A stretch of DNA of 64,000 nt, taken from NCBI RefSeq assembly GCF_009914755.1, contig NC_060937.1. One strand, given 5' to 3'. The notes under the pieces are model-generated. The model had not been told where the DNA came from, did no database searches, and saw only the letters and a program-made list of their open reading frames with translations. Within the stretch, counting starts at the first letter, position 1, and each line of letters starts with the position of its first letter. The DNA comes from the human T2T-CHM13v2.0 reference genome, Homo sapiens. The translations under genes and the position numbers were made by a program. Below, in pieces: positions 50,132 to 64,000 of this stretch.

Positions 50132-50332
50132 TAAGTCTTCAGTAAAGCTGTTAACAAAAAGAGTCTAATGTCAGAAACTGCAATGTCATATTCAGAAAAT
50201 TACACTTAGTGGCCATATGCAGTGGATCACACTTGTAATCCCAGCATTTTGGGAGGCCAAGGCAAGAGAATCACTTGAGCCCACGAGTTCGAGAACAGCC
50301 TGGGCAACAAAGGCAGACCCTGTCTCTATTAA

Positions 50333-50714
<382 letters not shown>

Positions 50715-50909
50715 TAGGCATCTTTTAAAAATGTATAGGTTTCCGGCTGGGCACCGTGGCTCACACCTGTAATCCCAGCACTTTGGGAGGCTGGTGGATC
50801 ACAAGATCAGGGGTTGAAGACCAGCCTGGCCAACATGGTGAAACCCCATCTCTACTAAAAATACAAAAAATTAGCCAGGCATGGTGGCGGGCACCTGTAA
50901 TCCCAGCTA

Positions 50910-51104
<195 letters not shown>

Positions 51105-51884
51105 TTATTATTTAATAAACAACATTAATTAACCTTACCAATATAATTTGGTGTTGCAGCTGACATGGTGGCTCATGTCTGTAATCCCAAGCATTTTGGG
51201 AGGCTAAGGCAAGGGGGTTGCTTGAAGAGTTTGAGACCAGCCTAGGCTACATAGCAAGACCCTATCTCTATAAAAATAAATTGAGGCCGGGTGTGGTGGC
51301 TCACTCCTGTAATCCCAGCACTTTGGAGGCCTAGGCGGGTGGATCACGAGGTCAGGAATTCGAGACCAGCTTGGCCAACATGGTGAAACCCCATCTCTAC
51401 TAAAAATACAAAAGTTAGCTGGGTGTGGTGGCGCACTCCAGCCTGGGCGACAGAGACTCTGTCTCAAAAAAAAAAAAAAGTGTCTCCTGTTCACTTTACC
51501 ACTTAGAATATGACTCTTTGCCACTAAAGTATGTGGTATCTCTAGGTTAGAAAGACTCATGTACATATCTGCGTATGTGCCTGTGTGTGCATGTGTGTTT
51601 ATGTGTATGTGTGTGTGTCTGTGTACACACCCTTTTCTTTTCCTTTTAACTCTGAAGACTTTATGCCTTATTTTTCTTCCTGGGAAATGAGACAGAAGAA
51701 CTGAACTCCTGTCATCTTGAAAGTTTTAATGGCCATCCCATGTGAACATATGCAGTCTTAGCTGGTGACTGATGTAACCGCGTAGGCCCATAAGACTGAA
51801 TCATTCATCAAATATTAAAGAGTTATTTCATAGAATGACCTTTCCAGTCACTTTTCAGTAGGTTTGAAGCTTGAGCAGTTATAA

Positions 51885-52109
<225 letters not shown>

Positions 52110-54004
52110 TAGCCAGGATGGTCTCGATCTCCTGACCTCGTGATCCACCCGCCTCGGCCTCCCAAAGTGCTGGGATTACAGGCGGGAGCCACCTCGCCCA
52201 GCCTAGGTTTCTTAATTAAAGGGTCATCTAACCTTTTGGGAGACCTGACATGATAACCTAAGTGATTTTACCCCAAGCTAAATTTTCTCACACAGAACAA
52301 AACTGATGTCATTTCCCATGCAAATAAGCATAAAGAAAAGACATTTTCAAGGGGCTATTCTATAAGCGCTAATATTTAGAGCTCAATTCTTGTTCATTGA
52401 ATCAGGTTTCCCCAAATCCAGTCTCAGGCTCCTCACAGTTTTTGGATTAATACACTGAATGGCCAACGACAATTGAGGTGGTACAGTTCTGATAATACAT
52501 CACTCTTCTATGATCCTCCTTATCATCATGTCTAAATCAATTTAGTTTGGCACAACTTATGACTCCACCCACCCGTGTCAGTATGTAAAATTATTGTAAG
52601 ATATTTCATGTATGAGGGTGGAGAGATTAAGGACTGATAAAAGAACAATAATGAAGAATTTCACTGTATACTGTGGGTCCTTTTTGTTTGTACTCATCAC
52701 ATTTGATGTTTGCATATCACTAGTGACATGATGCCTTTCATGTGTGTGACTTGATGGGCGGATATTGGATCTGTAAAACTGTGGGGCTGTGGGGTCATTT
52801 TCTGACTACCAAGATATGACCCAGTAAAACCAGCACTTGCAGCAGGATTAGGATTGAATTCTAATTCAGCATTCTACCTTGAATTACTCAACTGCCAACA
52901 CAGAACTGGTGTCACTGGACTGTTCTGAAGGGCGGGCATGCTTGCAACTAGCTTCACATGTGGAGAAAGATCATTCTGTCCAAAGATTGCTCTCTTGCTC
53001 TTAGCCCATGTAAAGAAAAAGAATCACTCCATTACCACACTATAACTTAGTTAAATCACAGGTGGTTTGCCTTTCTAAAACATTTAGACATTTGGTTAAA
53101 TTATGTTTATTACCAATATTCAAAGAATCTGATATGTGATGATGTGCATTAGGTACAAGATCAGTTTGCATTCCCGGACACACCAGATATTGGCAGCAAG
53201 TCATTTTCTGTGGAAATGTTTGGTATTTAAAACATACAAAATTTTGCAATCTTTGGCAAAGGAAAATAATAACAAGCTAAGTGCAGTGGTGGCTCATGCC
53301 AGCACTTTGAGAGGCTGAGGCAGGGGGATTGTTTGAGACCAGGAGTGAGACTAGCCTGGGAAACATAGGGAGACTCGATCTCTACAAAAAATAGAAAAAA
53401 AAAGTTAGCCAGGCATGATGGCCCAGCTATTTGGGAGGCTGAGGTGGGAGGATCACTTGAGCCTGAAAAGTTGAGGCTGTAGTGAGCCATGATCACACCA
53501 CTGCACTCCAGCCTTGGCAACAAAGCGAGATTCTGTCTCAAAAAATAAATAAAGTTTCAATTTAACATCAATTATAATTCTTTTTATGACAAAAAAAAAC
53601 TCGGTTTGAAACCAGACATTTCCCCAATATGCATAAGCATTCAATTATTTTCTCACATAAGCTTTGAGGTTGCTTCGTTCTTTCTGGATAGTTTTGTATC
53701 TCATTTCTAGTACAGATGTTTATTGCCTTCAAGGCTTTCACAGATAATTTAATCCGTGGCAATGAAAAGAAAGAATCCCACAGGGGAAGTCAGTGGGGGG
53801 AGGGGAGGGACTAGCCAAGTTGAAGGAGTTTAATTTGAATCGAAAATTCTTTAGTCATGCCAAAGATGTAAAATTATTAAAGAAACGAAGATTTAACATT
53901 GTAAAAACAGAGGCAAACCTCTGCCTTGCATTCTCTTTTCAATACTAAAAATTATTACATCAATCCTATAGTAGGTTAGCCTTGAAAAAGATTATTACCC
54001 TCAT

Positions 54005-54570
54005 CTTTTTTTTTTTTAACTTTTATTTTAGGTTTGGGGTTACACATGAAGGTTTGTTACATAGGTAAATGTGTGTCAGTAATATGTTGTACATATTATT
54101 TCATCACCCAGGTGTTAAGCCCAGTTCCCAATAGTTACCTTTTCTGCTCCTCTCCCTCCTCTCACCCCCCTGCTTCAAGTCTACCCCAGTGTTTTCTTCT
54201 TTGTGTTCCTAAGTTCTTATCATTTAGCTCCCACTTGTAAGTGAGAACATGCAGTATTTGGTTTTCTGTTCCTTTGTTAGTTTACTAAGGATAATAGCCT
54301 CCAGCTCCATCCATGTTCCCACAAAAGTCATGATCTCATTCTTTTTTATGGCTGCATAGTATTCTGTGGTGTATATGTACCACATTTTCTTTATCCAATC
54401 TGTCATTGATGGGCATTTAGGTTGATTCCCTGTCTTTGCTATTGTGAATAGTGCTGCAATGAACATTTGTGTGTCTGTGTCTTTATGGTAGAATGATTTA
54501 TATTCCTCTGGGTATATACCTAGTAATGCGATTGCTGGGTTGAATGGTAGTTCTGCTTTTAGCTCTTTGT
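54005..54570 (-). mobile_element. L1PA 3' end (ORF2 C-terminus + 3'UTR)
   Basis: Poly-T head; translation MFIAALFTIAKTGNQPKCPSMTDWIKKMWYIYT matches the L1 ORF2 C-terminus. Confidence 0.9.
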
Positions 54571-55294
54571 ACTCACATCTTTCAAAAGCTCTTTGCTACT
54601 TTATGGTGTAATTACATTTGCTCCTAGAGATGTACTAAGATGATTGAACACTAATTTGCACTTTGATTCAGGTTTAAACTAGAATTGTTTGTCTCCAATA
54701 GCTACTATTGTAGGAAGTGAAAATATGTTTTCAATGGGTCTCATTCCAGGCCTTGATTTCAGCATTTATTTCCACTTATTTTCTTCTTCCTTGGCTGTAT
54801 CAGAGTTCTTTGGTTGCCAGCAATAGTAGTTGCTGCTGGTCAACTTAAGTAATAAGGGAATTTACTGGGCAAATTGGGGGAACATCAAAGGATTGAGAAG
54901 ACAGCCCTGGCAGCTCACATGAGTCTCCAAAGCATGCACATCTAAACAACCCCATCCAGCACGAATGATGCCAATTCCAGGAATAGAGTATTTGGTTTAA
55001 TAGGGTCCTAGAGTCAGTTCCTCTTTCCTTCACTGGGAGAAGGCAGCGTATGTGAACAACAGTCCCACAAGATTTATCCAGGTAGTAATTAGTAATTCTC
55101 AAATAGTAAGTGGGGATGCTACTGCTGCAAGAAGATGGACTGAAAGCTAGAAAGGCAAAATAACCAAAAAAAGAATGGGTACCATCCCCATCCCTTTTCC
55201 ACTTCACTGTGCTTTCTCCTTTTTTATGTTTTCTCTCTTCCTTTGTCTATCTCTCTGTTTTTAAATCTTCCTTTTTCTTGCCTTTTAAAATTTA

Positions 55295-55495
<201 letters not shown>

Positions 55496-56959
55496 TTACT
55501 AGTAACACTAATATCAAAATTGTATCACCTAAACAACTGATCCTTACGGGCAATTGGTGTTGGCTAAGTAGGCAAATGTCTACATAGCATAATATTTGAA
55601 GAAATATTCCTGAATTTATCCCTTCCAAACTACCAACTCATTCAATTGCCTGCCATTATGCCTACAATTTAATTGTTACAAATTCATTCCTTTGGTTAAA
55701 GCAACGAGACCTGAGGAATTTACCACTGAAAGATATTAATTCATTATTTATTTTTTTCCATCCTATAAAATCAGTCAACGTATGTTATCATAGGAAGCCA
55801 GGTATCAACCCACCCACCCAACATAAATGTGGCAGAGTGAAATTAGCATTTACTATGGAGGCAGAGCTCATAGGACTGACCTCAGATCTACTTCTTTCTG
55901 GTTGTGTGGGCTTGGTGAAATTATTCATCTTCCTTAAGCTCCATTTACCTCAGCTGTGAAATGGGGATAAAATTCTTATAACATTTGGTTGTGAAAAGTC
56001 AATAAAATTAGCAGGGCACTGTGGCTCATGCCTTTAGTCCCAGCTCTTTGGGAGACTGAGGTGGGCAGATGGCTTGAGGCAAGGAATTTGAGGCCAACCT
56101 GGGCAACATGGCAAAACCCAGTCTCTACAAAAAGTACAAAAATTAGCCAGGCATGGTGGTGCACTCCTGTAGATCCAGCCACCCGGGAGGCTGAGGTGAG
56201 AGGATCACCTGAGCCTTGGAAGTCAACGCTGCAGTGAGCCAAGAACACACCACTGCATTGCAGCCTGTGCAACAGACTGGGAACTTGTCTCCAAAAAAAA
56301 GTCAATAAAATAGTATTTACAAAGTACTCACCATATTGTCTGGCACATAGAGGGTATTCAGTAAGTGTTAAAATTCCTTTTTTTTAACAAATATTTATTG
56401 AGCGCTTGTGGTTTCCCTCTACACTATGCTACACAGTAGGAATAAAATGGGAACAGACGGACTTCCTACCTTCTTGGAGGTTACATTCTCAGGGAAAAGA
56501 CACACATTAGTCAAATCTAATGTAGACAATATTGGTATCAAAAGACATTAATTAGAGGTTCACAAATGGTCACACTCACACTACATAAGTTAAATATAGA
56601 TATGAGTTAAGTAAGGGAAATATTCACATTCTGCAGATGCCAGGTGAACTCACTGGAGAAATACAATTGGTAACTCCGGGTGTTCAAGGGAAATTGTCCC
56701 GTCTCTCACTCAGTCAAAGAGGATTTCACTAAAGAGATAATATTTCTATATTTGTGTAAGGAAGAGAAGAGAGATTGGTTTCCTTAGTAGAGAAGTTTCA
56801 ATTGTAGGATTTTGCATGGAGAATCTTTGGGAAATTGAAATAGTGCATTTGAATGAGGTGAGTAGTGAATGAATGAGTCTATGAGCAGTAGTTGAGGAGA
56901 TCAAGATCAAGGAAAAAGACACTAAGAAACTCCAATTTCAGAAAGCCATGCTTAGGGTT

Positions 56960-57420
56960 TGTGGAACAGACTGCCAGTTGCATACCAGTATCTGATTTCT
57001 CCTTTAATAAAAGTACTCCAATTTTTTAGCTAGGCACACTGCAGCTCCTCTAAAAGACTACATTTCCCAGCTGCCCTTGCAGCTAGATGAATCCATGTGA
57101 TTAAGTTTTAGGTAAAGAGAATGAAAGCAGAGGTAGCATGTAGTACTTGTGGAAGGTCTCCTAAAATGTGGGGGCACCCTTTTACTTCCATCTTTCTTCT
57201 TACTGCTACCTAGCGGGAGCTTTAGCAGCCATCTTACACCACAGATGGCCTGCCATGTACAGTAAAGCAGTGAGATAGAAAGAGCTTGGATTCCCAATAC
57301 GTGCTGCTTTCATATCAGCCTTGAATTGCCAATCTCCGGATTTCTTCCCTTTAAGCAAAAAGTACGTTTTCTAGTTGAAGCCACTATTTGGGGGATCTTT
57401 ATTGTTTAAAGTAGTCAAAT
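56960..57420. mobile_element. MLT1 (MaLR) LTR
   Basis: gactacatttcccagc..cccttgcagctagatg..catgtgattaagtt..gcagccatctt..gaagccactattt motifs. Confidence 0.6.
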
Positions 57421-58290
57421 TTAATCATATTGATTATATTGCTTTGATAGTAATCTAAATGCTTTAAACATATCACATGATCTCTTTAGGAGTTTATATT
57501 GTGTTGATCCTTAGATTTACAGAAAGCCACTCTAGAGTCTTAAGAGGGGAGACCATGTCATATTTATTGTTATATCCTTCCACCAAGGCATAGAGTAGGC
57601 TACCAACAATATTTATTGGTGAAGAACTGCTCTATGTTCACACAAACTGACTTGCTAAATATAAATGAAAAGGAGTAGAATTCCCTTTAATTTGCGGAAG
57701 ACATTAAGAGAATTTTTGCATCCTAAGACACTTGGAGATCCCTTAACCAACTACTAGTTGCCAAAATTCAGGTACTTCTACAAGGCAGTATTGATTACTA
57801 CATTTTTGTTTATTCATTCAACACTTACTGAGTGTTTGCAAGAATCAAAGCACTGTTCTAGGTATCAGATACAGCACTGAACAAATAAAAGTTGTCATCT
57901 TTATGAGGAAGCATATATTCAAATAGAGTGAGGCAAATCAAAACGAATTTATACATATAAAAATAATTTTTTTTTTATATTATAAGAGCTGGAGCTGGAA
58001 CACAGAGGCTCTTCTGGACCATTGTAATATGTGTATGTGTGTGTCTATATATATATTCATATATATATAAATCTGTATGTATATGGATATGTATATGTGT
58101 GTATGAGAGAGAGGGAAGAGGAAGGCCTTAATGAAAAAATGAAGTAGAATGAGAATGGAAAGTAATGGAATGAGTGGCTACTATCTGATATAAGATGACT
58201 GGAGGCCAGGCACGGTGGTTCATGCCTGTAATCCCAGCACTTTGGGAAGAAAAGGTGGATGGATCACTTGAGCTCAGGAGTTCAAAATCA

Positions 58291-61450
<3,160 letters not shown>

Positions 61451-62293
61451 GTGGGCCAGGCGTGGTGGCTCATGCCTGTAATCCCAGCATTTTGGGAGGC
61501 CGAGGTGGGCGGATCACCTGAGGTCGGGAGTTTAAGACCAGCCTGACCAACATGGAGAAATCCTGTCTCTACCAAAAGTACAAAAAAATTAGCCAGGCGT
61601 GGTGGTGCATGCCTGTAATCCCAGCTACTAGGGAGGCTGAGGCAGGAGAAATCGCTTGAACCCAGGAGGCAGAGGTTGTGGTGAGCCTAGATTGCGCCAT
61701 TGCACTCCAGCCTGGGCAACAAGAGCAAAACTCTGTCTCAAGAAAAAAAAAACAAAAAAGAATCATTGTGGCTGTCATGAGGATAATAAATCAGAACTAT
61801 AGGCAAGAAAGACAATGAGATGAGATTTATTTGAAGTGGGAAGTAGTAGAGGCAAGAGGTTGAGACAACTTTAGATGCACTCTAAGGTGCACTTAGATAC
61901 CCTAAAGCACTATGGAAAGACTATTAATAGAAAGGGAAGGGATGTATTGCTAAGAATACTAGGTGTAAGAACTAATGTCTCCTCTATCATATTTCCCCTT
62001 TTGTTACCTTATATCTGTATTCTATTATTAGGATCAAACTAGGAACAAAAGAGTCCTGGCAAAAGGGCAGATGACTCCTAAGACTCATTCAAAGGGGCCC
62101 TATATAGGATGTAAGATACTCTAGGCTAGCGGCCATCCCACTTCACTTCGTTATCCAGACCTGCCACAGGCTATGCTCATTGTAGTGGTGCTCTTACCAT
62201 GCTATTCTAAAAGGTCAAAATTTCAACCATGATTTTCTTTCTGAAAGACCTGTAATTTTTCAGTTTTAGAAATACTGATTTACAGATTCCTGA

Positions 62294-62542
<249 letters not shown>

Positions 62543-62714
62543 TGACCTGCCTGCTTTGGCCTCCCAAAGTGCTGGGATTACAGGTGCGAGCCACCATGCC
62601 TGGCCAGGATTCTTCTTTAATACTCAATATTCCTCATCCCAGCAACGTGAACATGGATATTCATAGTGAATGCTTACCTCTCAATGCCAGCATAGAATGG
62701 AGAACATACGGCTA

Positions 62715-62852
<138 letters not shown>

Positions 62853-62887
62853 TTAGCTGGGCATGCTAGTGCATGCCTGTGGTCTCA

Positions 62888-63031
<144 letters not shown>

Positions 63032-63080
63032 TCATAAATAAGATCATCATCAGATGGTGGAAGTGTGAGGGGAAGAATAA

Positions 63081-63224
<144 letters not shown>

Positions 63225-63569
63225 TAGCTGTGATTACAGGTGCACCACCACGCCCGGCTAATTTTTGTATTTTTAGTAGAGATGGAGTTTCACCATGTTG
63301 GCCAGGCTGGTCTTGAACTCCTGACCTCAGGTGATCTGCCTGCCTCAGCCTCCCAAATTGCTGGGATTACAGACATGGGCCACTGCGCCCGGCCATTCTG
63401 TATAAATTCTACACATTTTTCTGTTCACATTATTAGGAATATCAAATATGCCCATTTTATTATATAATCTAGAAAGGATAACATGTGACACCTGCATAGA
63501 TGCTTCAAGTGTTATTCTACCAGTGATGCTGCTTGTTTTATCTTCCAGTTTTGAACACCAAAATCCTAG

Positions 63570-63998
<429 letters not shown>

Positions 63999-64000
63999 CA

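Noticed and set aside
61885-61905. Short inverted repeat TCTAAG-gtgca-CTTAGA near 61.88 kb
   Set aside because: A 6-bp stem is expected by chance in 64 kb.

Overview
Primate (human-like) genomic DNA, Alu-rich and AT-rich, containing the 5' end of TSC22D1 (13q14 in human, from recall). The 2.9-kb first coding exon of the long isoform is on the minus strand (ATG 23861, splice donor after 20950). Bases 1-20949 are its first intron. A CpG-island bidirectional promoter spans ~23.6-26.0 kb and probably also produces the antisense lncRNA TSC22D1-AS1 on the + strand. Upstream lie five ERV1 solo LTRs within ~11 kb (MER4, MER61, MER52, LTR12, LTR1/27/28-like), a SMARCE1 (BAF57) processed pseudogene, old L1/L2/MIR/MaLR fragments and dozens of Alus. 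I see no evidence of a wholly new biological system. The most notable sequence-level observations are: (i) one 16-bp target site present three times around the pseudogene and an adjacent Alu; (ii) a CCAAT-array LTR12 pointing at TSC22D1 and sitting head-to-head with the pseudogene, which keeps a 333-codon ORF; (iii) a possible non-AUG N-terminal extension and a uORF in TSC22D1; (iv) nested insertions and small local duplications. Repeat subfamily names come from recalled consensus features and repeat boundaries are approximate.
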